Below are positions 51,068 to 60,800 of a DNA stretch of 64,000 nucleotides, in pieces. A program made the position numbers and the translations under genes. The notes below the pieces were generated by a model. The model made no database searches, was not told where the DNA came from, and saw only the letters and a program-made list of their open reading frames with translations. How positions within the stretch are numbered: position 1 is the stretch's first letter; each line of letters opens with the position of its first letter. The stretch is taken from the NCBI GenBank assembly GCA_964564465.1, contig CAZMAO010000005.1, positions 4,471 to 68,470 of the forward strand, written 5' to 3'. Origin of the DNA: an uncultured Bacteroides sp. (GTDB lineage Bacteria; Bacteroidota; Bacteroidia; Bacteroidales; Muribaculaceae).

Positions 51068-51754
51068 ATGAAAAGATTTTTATTGGCATTGATGGTGAGT
51101 GTCATCACTGTCAGCGCCTGGGGTAAGGACATCAGAATTGTCGTTATTCCGTCGGAAGCTACCATCAAGGTAAATGGCTCCTACTACGGAGAGGGAAGCG
51201 CCCTGCTCAAAATCAAGAAAAACGATTTTGTTTCGCTTGAATGCAGTTGTCCCGGATACGAGACACTGAACACACGCATCTACGGAAATGACGAACGCAA
51301 GACAATCGAAATCAAGCTTAAGGAGGATATGCTCCTGAAACAGACAACCGAATCGTCCGTTGCAAACAATTTCTTTTCAGTAAAGGTTAATAAAAATCTG
51401 TATTCCGACGATCCGAAAACCGGCAAACGCAATGCTGAGAATGCCTGGAAAATGGCACACAGCGTGCTTCTGAAATATTTTGATGAAATCATGACTTCGG
51501 ACGCTGCATCAGGGTTCATTCAGACACCATGGCTCTACAAAAACTACGTTGAAGCCGGCAAAACCTTGCGCACCCGCGTCACGATAAAAGAGTCGAACAT
51601 TGGCGGCGACCTTACATTCCAGATAAAAATGGCTTCCGAAATGGCTCCGATTCAAGGCCGTAGCCGTGAGGAATCATTTCTGGAGACAAACAGGATAATG
51701 AAAGAATTTGAAACCCTGATCAGTGAATTTCAATCACGTCTGGGCGAAAAATAA
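51068..51754 (+). CDS. Secreted PEGA-like domain protein (tandem paralog 1)
   Basis: Signal peptide; PSEATIKVNG..GYET PEGA-like N-domain; C-domain containing SGFIQTPW. Confidence 0.65.
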   Translation: MKRFLLALMVSVITVSAWGKDIRIVVIPSEATIKVNGSYYGEGSALLKIKKNDFVSLECSCPGYETLNTRIYGNDERKTIEIKLKEDMLLKQTTESSVANNFFSVKVNKNLYSDDPKTGKRNAENAWKMAHSVLLKYFDEIMTSDAASGFIQTPWLYKNYVEAGKTLRTRVTIKESNIGGDLTFQIKMASEMAPIQGRSREESFLETNRIMKEFETLISEFQSRLGEK

Positions 51755-51760
51755 TCGGGC

Positions 51761-52501
51761 ATGAAAAAAATCACATCACTGCTTGCATTCTTCATATTGC
51801 TGGGTTCCGTTTCCTGCTACGCTCAGTTAGATGAAGTTTCAGGGAAAATAAACAAGTTTTTCGGCCGGGAAAAAGAAATTCAGATTGTTGCCATTCCTTC
51901 CGATGCCACTATAAAAGTAAATGGCTCATACTATGGAGAAGGATCTGCCAAAGTCACCATAAAGAAAAAGGATTTCATTTCATTAGAAGTTTCCGCTCCG
52001 GGCTATGAAACCCTCACGACAAGAGTTTATGGAAACGACGGTAGAAAAACTATAGAAATCAAACTGAAGGAAGATATGCTGATGAAGCAGACGTTAGAGT
52101 CATCGGTGGCCAATAACTTTTTCTCGGTAAAGGTCAATAAGGATTTATACAACGACGATGCCAAAACCGGAAAACGCAACTCGGAAAAAGCATGGAAAAT
52201 GGCACATAACGTCTTACTGAAGTATTTTGATGAAATCATGACTTCGGATGCTGCATCCGGGTTCATTCAAACCCCATGGCTTTACAAAAACTATGTGGAA
52301 GCAGGAAAAACCTTAAGGCACCGCGTCACAATAAAAGAGTCAAATATCGGCGGTGACCTTACATTCCAGATAAAACTGACTTCTGAAATGGCGCCTACGC
52401 AGGCGCGCAGCAAGGAGGAGGCTTTTCTTGAAACAAATCGTGTGATGAAAGAATTTGAAACCCTTGTCAGTGAATTTCAGACTCGACTTGGTGAAAAATA
52501 A
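51761..52501 (+). CDS. Secreted PEGA-like domain protein (tandem paralog 2)
   Basis: Mature region highly similar to 51068-51754; different signal peptide. Confidence 0.65.
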   Translation: MKKITSLLAFFILLGSVSCYAQLDEVSGKINKFFGREKEIQIVAIPSDATIKVNGSYYGEGSAKVTIKKKDFISLEVSAPGYETLTTRVYGNDGRKTIEIKLKEDMLMKQTLESSVANNFFSVKVNKDLYNDDAKTGKRNSEKAWKMAHNVLLKYFDEIMTSDAASGFIQTPWLYKNYVEAGKTLRHRVTIKESNIGGDLTFQIKLTSEMAPTQARSKEEAFLETNRVMKEFETLVSEFQTRLGEK

Positions 52502-52513
52502 ACAACAATCGCT

Positions 52514-53131
52514 ATGACTAAAAGATTATTTATATTTATAATTGCAGTTGCAGCTGCCTCAACCGCAGCTTTTTCGCAGATTAAAGAAACTTTCGATTCC
52601 AACTCATGGCAATGGACGGAATATTCCGGCGAATATGGCAAAGCCTACATTATTGAAGGAGTGATGCGTTTGGAAAGCAAATCGGATAAGAACGACACTC
52701 CCCTTTCCGAAATGGTTGAGAATGTGGCTACACACGCTTATCTGCCCATGGATCCGGTGAAGGGCTTTAATCTCAAATGTTCCGCTACGCTCGAAAAATT
52801 CGAGGGGAAGAAACAGTTCGGCATCATTCTGGATTACCTTGACGATATGAATTGCATGGTTTTCATAATCAAAGGCGATTTCGCATACCTCTATCGTCTG
52901 GAAGCCGGCAAAATCGTTTCCCAACAGAAAAACCAATTCAAATTACAGAAAGGAAAAAAGAATACCACATTGGATATTCAGGTTTCCTATCAGGGAGGAG
53001 AACTTGAATTCCGTGTGAATGACGTTCAGGCATTGATGGCAAAATACAAACCCATCACATCAAATGGTTTCGGATTTTTTGCCTTTGGCAAATGCAAAGT
53101 TGATTTCGATGACGTCGAAATTCTGAACTGA
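52514..53131 (+). CDS. Secreted hypothetical protein (concanavalin-A/DUF1080-like beta-sandwich)
   Basis: Signal peptide; KETFDSNSWQW start; C-terminal GFGFFA...VDFDDVEI. Confidence 0.55.
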   Translation: MTKRLFIFIIAVAAASTAAFSQIKETFDSNSWQWTEYSGEYGKAYIIEGVMRLESKSDKNDTPLSEMVENVATHAYLPMDPVKGFNLKCSATLEKFEGKKQFGIILDYLDDMNCMVFIIKGDFAYLYRLEAGKIVSQQKNQFKLQKGKKNTTLDIQVSYQGGELEFRVNDVQALMAKYKPITSNGFGFFAFGKCKVDFDDVEILN

Positions 53132-53154
53132 CAACCCACCTTCATATCAAAACC

Positions 53155-53190
53155 GCCCGGCAGCAGTCATCGTTGCCGGGCATTTTTTTG
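53155..53190 (+). terminator. Intrinsic terminator separating the PEGA cluster from the capsid-like module
   Basis: Stem GCCCGGCAGC (53155-53164) / GTTGCCGGGC (53172-53181), followed by A and a T7 run. Confidence 0.8.
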
Positions 53191-53233
53191 TTCGGGGAGG
53201 GCGGTTCGCATGAATTCGGGGTTTTGGCGGGGA

Positions 53234-53241
53234 TAACTTTG
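53234..53241 (+). promoter_or_regulatory. -7 promoter element of the capsid-like module
   Basis: TAACTTTG ~35 nt upstream of ATG 53277; no TTTG at canonical -33 spacing. Confidence 0.55.
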
Positions 53242-53276
53242 CAGCGTATTTATCAACCCCAAAAAAATAAAAAATT

Positions 53277-53609
53277 ATGACAGAAGAAATTATTGAAAAT
53301 GACGAACTGAATGCGGAAAACCTTACGGACACCGTTGCCGCGGAGAATCAACCGGAGGAAACTGAAACAGAAAATCAGAATCAAGATGATGATGCGACCG
53401 ACGAGGATGCCGACGAATTTCTGAAAAAAGTGATCGAGGCTGCCGAACGCCGCGGCTACTTGAAGGCACGCAACGAACTTGCACGCGCCGCAATGGCATC
53501 GCCCCGACTGTGGGAAAACCCGCTGCGCCGAAAACAGAAGCCGGAACCAAAACAACAGGCTGATGACACTGATTTCCTGACACACATAACACCAAATGTA
53601 TGGGACTGA
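53277..53609 (+). CDS. Small acidic protein, capsid scaffold-like
   Basis: E/D-rich N-terminal half, helical AERRGYLKARNE segment, immediately upstream of the capsid-like gene. Confidence 0.5.
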   Translation: MTEEIIENDELNAENLTDTVAAENQPEETETENQNQDDDATDEDADEFLKKVIEAAERRGYLKARNELARAAMASPRLWENPLRRKQKPEPKQQADDTDFLTHITPNVWD

Positions 53610-53662
53610 ACCGAATCCTTTTTCTAACAAACAATCAATAACTAACCTTAATTTTCTATTTT

Positions 53663-54931
53663 ATGGCAAAAACCACACAAACAAATCCTAAATTAATCGA
53701 CGGCATTTCAGGCGGAAAACACATTGTAGAGGGTCCGATAACCACCGGCGCGCTGGCACAGGCAAGTCCCTCGCTGCTTCGCAGTGAAATTGACAGCCGT
53801 ATTGTGAAAATCTGCCCCATGTCAACACCCATCGACCAGATTTCACGAATGATAGGTGCGCGCAAGGCACAATCTATGAAGGTGGAATTCTACTCGGTGG
53901 ACACCAAAAAACCTTCATCGAAACTGCGTGAACTCGCCGCCGACGGAACACAGGCTTCGGGCCGCGATGTTTACACTGTAAAAACTGCCGACGACGCCCT
54001 ATTTGCTGTTTCGGAAACCCTGCTCGTGCCCGGCATAACCGTGAGCAACGAGGGGAAGGATGAGCCGATGGTGCTCTACGTAACCGAAGCCGGACGAAAC
54101 GGCGCCGGCTTCAAGGCCATTGTTCTCAACGGTGAATTTGAGGATGAAGAGGCTACTTTCGATGAAAAGGACAATCAGACCATCGTGCGGATGGGTCGCG
54201 CAGCCAGCGAACTCGATGTGCAGACACCGCAGTTCGGAGCCGTTCCGGTGAAAAGCTTCAACTACTGCCAGATATTCAAAGCCCAGGTTGAGCAGAGCCT
54301 TTTAGCGAAACTGTCGGCCAAGGAAGTGGGCTGGAGTTTCAGCGACCAGGAAGAGGTGGCAGTTATGGACATGCGTCTGGGTATGGAGAAAAACTTCCTG
54401 TTCGGAACACGCATGCGTCTGAGCGACGGCACCACTATGGACGACACCCTTTTCACGGGCGGCATCTGGAATCAGGCCGAAGGTGAATATAAGATGCCGG
54501 CCGGCGAGCTGAACGAAGGCTCGCTTGTAAGCCTTATGCGCGCGGCGTTCACAGGCAGCGCAAGCGGCTCATCGAAAAAAATTCTGGTGGGAGGCGCCGG
54601 ATTCATTGAAAAGCTGAACAAACTCAGCACGCAGCGCGTGCTCGGATCGGCCGACAAAATAACCCGCTGGGGCATCGATTTTTCGGAAATAAACTCGAAA
54701 TTCGGATCGCTCTATGTTATTTATTCCGAGATTTTCGACCAGTGCGCGCACAGCGACGACGCCCTCATAATCGACCCCGCCTACCTCACCAAATATGTTC
54801 ACGTGCCTTTCCGCGTCGACCTGATCGACATGCAGAAAACCGGCGCACGTAACACCCAGGCTCTCGTAGCCACCGAGGCAAGCTGTCTGGTTCTCCGCCA
54901 TCCGAAAGCTCACATCAAAGTAATAGGCTGA
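53663..54931 (+). CDS. Phage major capsid-like protein (DUF5309/SU10-MCP-like)
   Basis: 422 aa; TPIDQISR, NYCQIFKAQV, MRLGMEKNFLFG, FTGGIW, SKFGSL, EASCLVLRHPKAH resemble Bacteroidetes podovirus-type capsid proteins; flanked by scaffold- and portal-like genes. Confidence 0.7.
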   Translation: MAKTTQTNPKLIDGISGGKHIVEGPITTGALAQASPSLLRSEIDSRIVKICPMSTPIDQISRMIGARKAQSMKVEFYSVDTKKPSSKLRELAADGTQASGRDVYTVKTADDALFAVSETLLVPGITVSNEGKDEPMVLYVTEAGRNGAGFKAIVLNGEFEDEEATFDEKDNQTIVRMGRAASELDVQTPQFGAVPVKSFNYCQIFKAQVEQSLLAKLSAKEVGWSFSDQEEVAVMDMRLGMEKNFLFGTRMRLSDGTTMDDTLFTGGIWNQAEGEYKMPAGELNEGSLVSLMRAAFTGSASGSSKKILVGGAGFIEKLNKLSTQRVLGSADKITRWGIDFSEINSKFGSLYVIYSEIFDQCAHSDDALIIDPAYLTKYVHVPFRVDLIDMQKTGARNTQALVATEASCLVLRHPKAHIKVIG

Positions 54932-55497
54932 TGAACAGCGACGGAACAATTACACTTACACGCGAGGAAATGCTCGAGTTGTGGCGCCTGAGGCGTCACC
55001 TCGAGCCTCTCGCTCTTCCGGCCTCCGTTACACGGACCGACGGACTTGACACCGAGACACTGATCGAAACGGAGATGAACCGATGGTATGAGGAGCAGCT
55101 GCTAACCTTACCCGCCGACCGCCTGCCGCTGAACGATGTCGCACAGGAGTGTGAAATAACAATACAGCCCGACGGTTCATGGCTCGTTACCCTTCCACCT
55201 ACGGTTATGCGTGTTGTGGCAGTGAAGATAGACGGATGGCTGAAAGAAGCCACAATTGTAACCGACCCCGCCTCGCCGCTTGCCCACGCCCAGCTCAATC
55301 CGTTTTCACGCGGCAACCGCTACAATCCGGTTGTGGTAATGCAACAGAACAGAATGCTGATTTACACACCTCCGCCCGGAGCTTCTCAACTTAAAAAAGT
55401 TATTTGCGTAACGCGTCCGGCCGACAGAACCTATATCCTGACCCGGACAATGATGCCACCTTTATTCAACGAACCCACAAGCTATGCAACATATTGA
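54931..55497 (+). CDS. Phage head-tail adaptor-like protein
   Basis: TGATG coupling to the capsid gene; LPPTVMRVVAVKIDGW..NPFSRGNRYNPVV resembles LPxDxLR-type adaptor proteins. Confidence 0.5.
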   Translation: MNSDGTITLTREEMLELWRLRRHLEPLALPASVTRTDGLDTETLIETEMNRWYEEQLLTLPADRLPLNDVAQECEITIQPDGSWLVTLPPTVMRVVAVKIDGWLKEATIVTDPASPLAHAQLNPFSRGNRYNPVVVMQQNRMLIYTPPPGASQLKKVICVTRPADRTYILTRTMMPPLFNEPTSYATY

Positions 55498-56851
55498 ACT
55501 CGCCTATCAGGCATGGAACGCGTGCGCCCCCCTGCGCACCGCCCGCAACCGGTTTAAAAACTACACCTACGGACGCCAGTGGCTCGACAAGGTTGCCACT
55601 TCCGACGGCATGACAATGACCGAAGGGGAACTGGCCGCACGCGCCGGTGCCCGCCCGCTAACCAACAACATGATACGCCAGTTGGTGAAGTGTATAACCG
55701 GCAATTTCCGAAGCACTCTGAAAAGCGCAGCCGGCAACGCCGACGAAACATCGAAACGCAACTGTCTCGACGAACTCGACTGCCGTATGCTCGAGGAATT
55801 TCTGATTTCAGGATGCGCCATTCAGCGGGTGGTGTATGAACACCGCACAGGCGGCACAGGAGTGTGGGTTGACAACATAAGCCCCGCCCGCTTTTTCGTT
55901 AACCGCTTCACCGACCCGCGCTGCGGCGACATAGAACTGGTGGGGATGATTCACGATTACAGCCTGCGCGAAACCATTATGCGTTTCGCACACAACAACC
56001 CTGCCGCGGCACAGCATATTGCGGAAATATACGGCACCCCCGACAACCTTTGCACCGGAACACTTACCGACCCCGACTTCCACTCAGCAGCCCCGGGACG
56101 ATGCCGCGTAATCGAAATGTGGACCCTCGAAAGCCGTAACATGGTGAAAGTACATGACACTGCCAAAGGAAACGTGTTCCTGATTCCGGCGGCCGAAATG
56201 GAAAAAGCTGATAAAATCAATGCTCGCCGCATCGCAACAAACTACCCGCCCCTTGAACTTGAACCGCGCATTTCAGCCCGTTGGCACTGCCGCTTCCTCG
56301 CTCCCGACGGCAGCGTGCTCGATGAATTCGACTCACCCTACGCACACGGACTGCATCCCTTCGCGGTTAAGTTCTATCCGCTGACCGACGGCGAAGTCCA
56401 TTCGTTTGTGGAGGATGTAGTTGACCAGCAGCGCTACGTGAACCGGCTGATAACACTAATCGACCACATAATGAGCACCTCCGCAAAAGGAGTTCTGCTG
56501 TTTCCGACCGACAGCAAGCCCGACTCACTGAGCTGGCAACAGCTGAGCACACTGTGGAGCAAACCGGGCGCCGTGATTCCGGTGCGCAGCAACCAGGCCT
56601 CACAGATGCCGCAGCAAATAATTTCAGGCAGCGAACCGGCGGGCGCCTACCGGCTTCTCGACCTCGAACTTCAGCTTCTGCAACAGGTGTCGGGCGTTAA
56701 CAGTGCCCTGCAAGGGAGGCTTGAAAGCGGTGCCACATCCGCGGCTTTATTCAGGCAACAAGTTGAAAATTCGTCGGTTGCCATACTCGACATTCTTGAA
56801 TCGTTCAACGAATTCCGCAGCCGCCGCGACAAACTGATTAAGAATTGTTAA
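55484..56851 (+). CDS. Phage portal-like protein (P22/N4-like lineage)
   Basis: YTYGRQW, NNMIRQLVKCITG, EEFLISG, HPFAVKFYPLTDGEVHSFVEDVVDQQRYVNRLITL, SAKGVLL, QVSGVNSALQG. Confidence 0.72.
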   Translation: MQHIELAYQAWNACAPLRTARNRFKNYTYGRQWLDKVATSDGMTMTEGELAARAGARPLTNNMIRQLVKCITGNFRSTLKSAAGNADETSKRNCLDELDCRMLEEFLISGCAIQRVVYEHRTGGTGVWVDNISPARFFVNRFTDPRCGDIELVGMIHDYSLRETIMRFAHNNPAAAQHIAEIYGTPDNLCTGTLTDPDFHSAAPGRCRVIEMWTLESRNMVKVHDTAKGNVFLIPAAEMEKADKINARRIATNYPPLELEPRISARWHCRFLAPDGSVLDEFDSPYAHGLHPFAVKFYPLTDGEVHSFVEDVVDQQRYVNRLITLIDHIMSTSAKGVLLFPTDSKPDSLSWQQLSTLWSKPGAVIPVRSNQASQMPQQIISGSEPAGAYRLLDLELQLLQQVSGVNSALQGRLESGATSAALFRQQVENSSVAILDILESFNEFRSRRDKLIKNC

Positions 56852-56886
56852 CAGTGCGCCACCTCATCCTTTCCTACCCCCACCAT

Positions 56887-56894
56887 TAAATTTG
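56887..56894 (+). promoter_or_regulatory. -7 promoter element, second unit of the capsid-like module
   Basis: TAAATTTG in the 90-nt gap after the portal-like gene. Confidence 0.45.
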
Positions 56895-56941
56895 CATCAG
56901 CGAAAAACATTGAATCATCACGGAAAAATAACTATTTTACT

Positions 56942-57397
56942 ATGCAAAACACACAAACCACGGCCGTTACGATGCGCAGGTTGCGAAACATGCACTTCAT
57001 GAACCGTTGCCGTAAACTCCTTGCCACGGACGCCGGACGCTTCGGTTCGGCGTTCCGTCTGGCGGGCGAAGTGGCATCATCGCCCGCTCCGCTCTACTAC
57101 GTTACCTTCCCTTACGCCCACCGCATAATGCGGCGCTATTTCTCAAAGGGGGAACTACCCGGACACACCGAACGCCGCGTGGCAATGTGGCATGAAATAA
57201 TGGAACGGGTAAAAACCCGGATGCTACGTTCAGCCGATACAGACACCGAGGCTCTCGCCTATGTGCTGCAACAGCCCGCATCATCCTTCTTTCTCGAGCC
57301 ATCGAGCGCCGAACGCCTCTACAGCCGCATGATAAACAGCCGGCGTCGCCGCCATTTCAACAACCGCAATAACAACATGAATCTTCAAACAGTCTAA
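56942..57397 (+). CDS. Basic hypothetical protein with internal duplication (phage-associated-like)
   Basis: Arg-rich; internal repeat SPAPLYYVT / QPASSFFLE. Confidence 0.55.
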   Translation: MQNTQTTAVTMRRLRNMHFMNRCRKLLATDAGRFGSAFRLAGEVASSPAPLYYVTFPYAHRIMRRYFSKGELPGHTERRVAMWHEIMERVKTRMLRSADTDTEALAYVLQQPASSFFLEPSSAERLYSRMINSRRRRHFNNRNNNMNLQTV

Positions 57398-57409
57398 CAA
57401 TTATATCTT

Positions 57410-57835
57410 ATGATCAGCATTTCAACCGACATCATTCTGCAGAAAGTACTTGCGCGCGCAGCCTTGCGCCACATTCTCCATGCCGACCGTCCCGCTATCC
57501 TGACACAAGCCCATGCCGATGCCATTCTCAACGTTATGGAATCAGCCTTCAACACCCTCTGCGCATCGCTTGTGCCACACATCAGCGACTCGCAGACCGA
57601 CATTGCCAACAGCACCCTGCTAATTGAGTTGCAGCCTGAACTTATCCAAACCGGCGAAAAGAACCTGCGCCCCATGCTTGAGGAAGCCCTAACGGCCTTC
57701 ACGCTTCACCTTTGCTATTCGGGCGCCGACCATCCTATGGCTACCGCTGAACTTGAAACCTACAACTCGTTAATAAAAAAAATCCGCGACACCGCCGGCT
57801 GCCCCCCGCTCACAGTCCGCCCCTTCTGGCTCTAA
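57410..57835 (+). CDS. Hypothetical protein (possible head-completion/connector-like)
   Basis: 141-aa helical ORF with AT-rich initiation region; stop overlaps the addA-like stop. Confidence 0.5.
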   Translation: MISISTDIILQKVLARAALRHILHADRPAILTQAHADAILNVMESAFNTLCASLVPHISDSQTDIANSTLLIELQPELIQTGEKNLRPMLEEALTAFTLHLCYSGADHPMATAELETYNSLIKKIRDTAGCPPLTVRPFWL

Positions 57836-60800
57836 ACCTCCGAAACTTCACCGCGCGAAACGTACCATACGAATCCGCGGACATCATCGTAGCCTGCACG
57901 GCGAAGGCAATTGACATAGCCCTTCACCTGCAGGCTATGGCTTTTGCTCCTTTTTTCACCGAACTTATAGTCAATAACCTCGACATGGCCGTCGGGCATC
58001 ACCACCACACGGTCGGGTGTCTTCCATTTGTGTTCAGGTTCGCGGCGGCTCGACTCATCGAGAATGATATGCCGCTCGTTCATCAGCCTCACGTAGCCGT
58101 CGAACCATCCGCGGCTTTCTACCGAATCTATTGCCTTGCGGATAAACTCCTCGATTTCAACACGTTTTTCACGCTCAATTATTCCCATTCTCACACCGCG
58201 CGTAACAGCCTTTGACAAATCGCCCGGATGCTTTATCATCGACATGACTTTGTGCAGATTCGTACCCTCGACGCGTTTCACACTCTCATCGGCGCCGCCG
58301 TCAACTTTCACATTATCCCACATGTCGTGCCGACCGCTGACGGTGAAAGCCGGAAACTCCACACTGCCCGACGTGTCGGTAAGCTTATGCTTCATCCCCT
58401 CCATGTCGCGCTCATGATAAGGATTTCCGAACTGATATTCAACGCCCGCAACCACACCCATCATGTTCAGGCCGGCCGCTGCCAGATCGGCCGCTTTTTT
58501 CCCCACAAGCTTCACTACATCCACCGGCTTGCTGACGTCGATAGGGCGCTCCTGCAATACGGTTACAATCAGTTCATCAACAGCGCGGGTAAACGCCACA
58601 TACTCCACATTCAGCGCATCGAGCAGAATCTCATTTATTTTTTCGCGATACTGTTTCTCGAAGGGGAGGCTAAGCAATTTTTCGCTGAACAGAACCGGAT
58701 AAATCGGAGGCAACAGCTGCGGATCGATTCCCTCGACCGGCACCATATCGAACCACTCGCGTGTGTCGTTACGTTTGAACGCCGAACCTTTTCCCTGGCA
58801 CAGATACACGCATTTAAATTCAAGACCCTTGCTTTTATGGATGGTCATTACACGCACGGCATTCTCATTTTTCGCCGACGACAGGGTCGACTTAAAGCCA
58901 CCGCTGTCCCACCACCGCAGGAAGCCCTGCAGATCGGCTCCGTCGGTGTTGCAGAAATCAAGCACCACATCCTCAAAAGCAAGCACGTAAATCATCTCCT
59001 CGCGCGGCAACGACCCTTCCGGAAAAAAATGAGCCACCATAAGCTCTGTCAGCACCGGCAGGCTCAGACCCACAACCTTGTTGCGGATACTGTCAAGAAA
59101 ATCGGACGCACTCGTCTTGTCGGCCTGCGTCACCGCGTTTTTCAGAGCCGACGAAGCATCCGCACCACGTCCTATCTCATCCTCGTAGCGGCTCAACAGA
59201 TTAACAAGCTGGCCGGCCGGGCGCTGCCGTCTGTCGGCCGGCTCACCGGCAACGGCAGCCAAAGCGTTGCGCTGAGTGGCAATGTTGCGCATGCCTGAAA
59301 GCAGACGGCGCACTGCCGGCGAACGCTCAATTCTGAGCGAATCGTCGGAAATAACCATCAGATTCCTTGACTTCAAATCCTTGTCCGTGTCAAACACTTC
59401 ATTCAGAAACGAAATAACATCGGCAGCTTCGCTGTTGCCGCGGGTAAGCACACATATATCGCTTCCCTTATAGCCTGATTCAAGCAATTGCCGTTTCATG
59501 TTCAACACCATGCGCTGACGCCACAACACTTCATATTCATCCGCATCGGAGGCTATCTGCGCCGAAACATAGCCGTGCGTTCCGCTCTTTTTGCGTGAAA
59601 CACGTTGCTCCACATTTCCATAAATATCACCGAAACCCAAAAAATCAGCCAGGCGGGTGAACATCATGTTGTTGAACTCCACAATTTCCGGGGCACTGCG
59701 CCAATTGGTGTTCTCATCAACATTGTCGCCCCTCACTTCGGGAGGAAAAGCCACATCCTTCATCACACGCTTGCGTATAAGCGACGAATCCGAACCACGG
59801 AACCTGTAAATGCTCTGCTTCTCGTCGCCAATAATAAGGTTATCATGCCCCCAGCCGAGGCTGTCATTTATCAGCGGACGCAGAATGTCCCACTGCGAGC
59901 CTGAAGTGTCCTGAAATTCATCTATCAGCAAATGATGAAGCTTCATCCCCACGCGTTCATATACAAACGGTGCGTCATCCTCGCCTATAATCCGCCTCAG
60001 AAGCGTATTCGCATCGTTAAGCAGCAGCGAATTGTTCTCGACCCTGAGCTGTTCCATGCGCATAACCACCTGCTTCATCATCCGAAGCACGGTGAATCCC
60101 TTTTTGAGTATGTCGAGCAGATTCAATCTCCCGGTATTATCGCACACAAAACCGCACGCATCCGTAACCGCCGCATAGACCTCTCCGTACTCCTCCGCCA
60201 CATTCCCCTTATATCCCGTAATTATACCTTTGCCATTCTCATTAAGCGGCTTGGTTATTGTAGTGGTTACGGCCGGCAGCTCGCCACGGCTAAGCTTTTC
60301 AAGCGCTCCCACAAGATTTTTGCTGACCCCTTGCTTCGGACTTGCAAAAACCGTATGTTCCATCACCTCAAGCGCCTTACGACCCAACCGCCGGCCCAAG
60401 GCAATTTTTCGGGCCGCCAGCGCGTTCACTGTGGCTATAAATTGCTCGAGTCTTTCGGAAGCATAATAATTCTCCATCTCCTCCGAGTGCTCCATAAACT
60501 TCTCGGTAAGAAGATTTTCCACAAACTTAACCACATTCTTGAAATCATTCAGATCGCGGTTAAAATAATTGAAGCCTTCCCCCTCCTCGGCCTTTTCCTT
60601 CATTATGGTTTCAAGCCACTGGCCTTTCGTAGCCTCACCCCGGCTGCTTGATATTTCCGAAAGTATGGAATCGAGCGCGCTCCTGACAACCTGCTTCTCA
60701 TCGATTGTAACATCGTAATCCCCCTCAAGTTCCGCTTCATAAGCGAATGTGCGCAGAATCAATTGAAAAAACGAATCGATTGTACTCACATTGAAACAAT

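Noticed and set aside
53277-57835. Calling the module a complete prophage or a classical encapsulin locus
   Set aside because: No integrase, att sites, terminase, tail or lysis genes are present, so it is not a complete prophage. A portal-like gene and the absence of a cargo enzyme argue against a classical encapsulin.
58228-59298. 356-aa plus-strand ORF just downstream of the capsid-like module
   Set aside because: Considered as a further module gene, but it lies antisense inside the addA-like CDS and shows no phage or terminase motifs.
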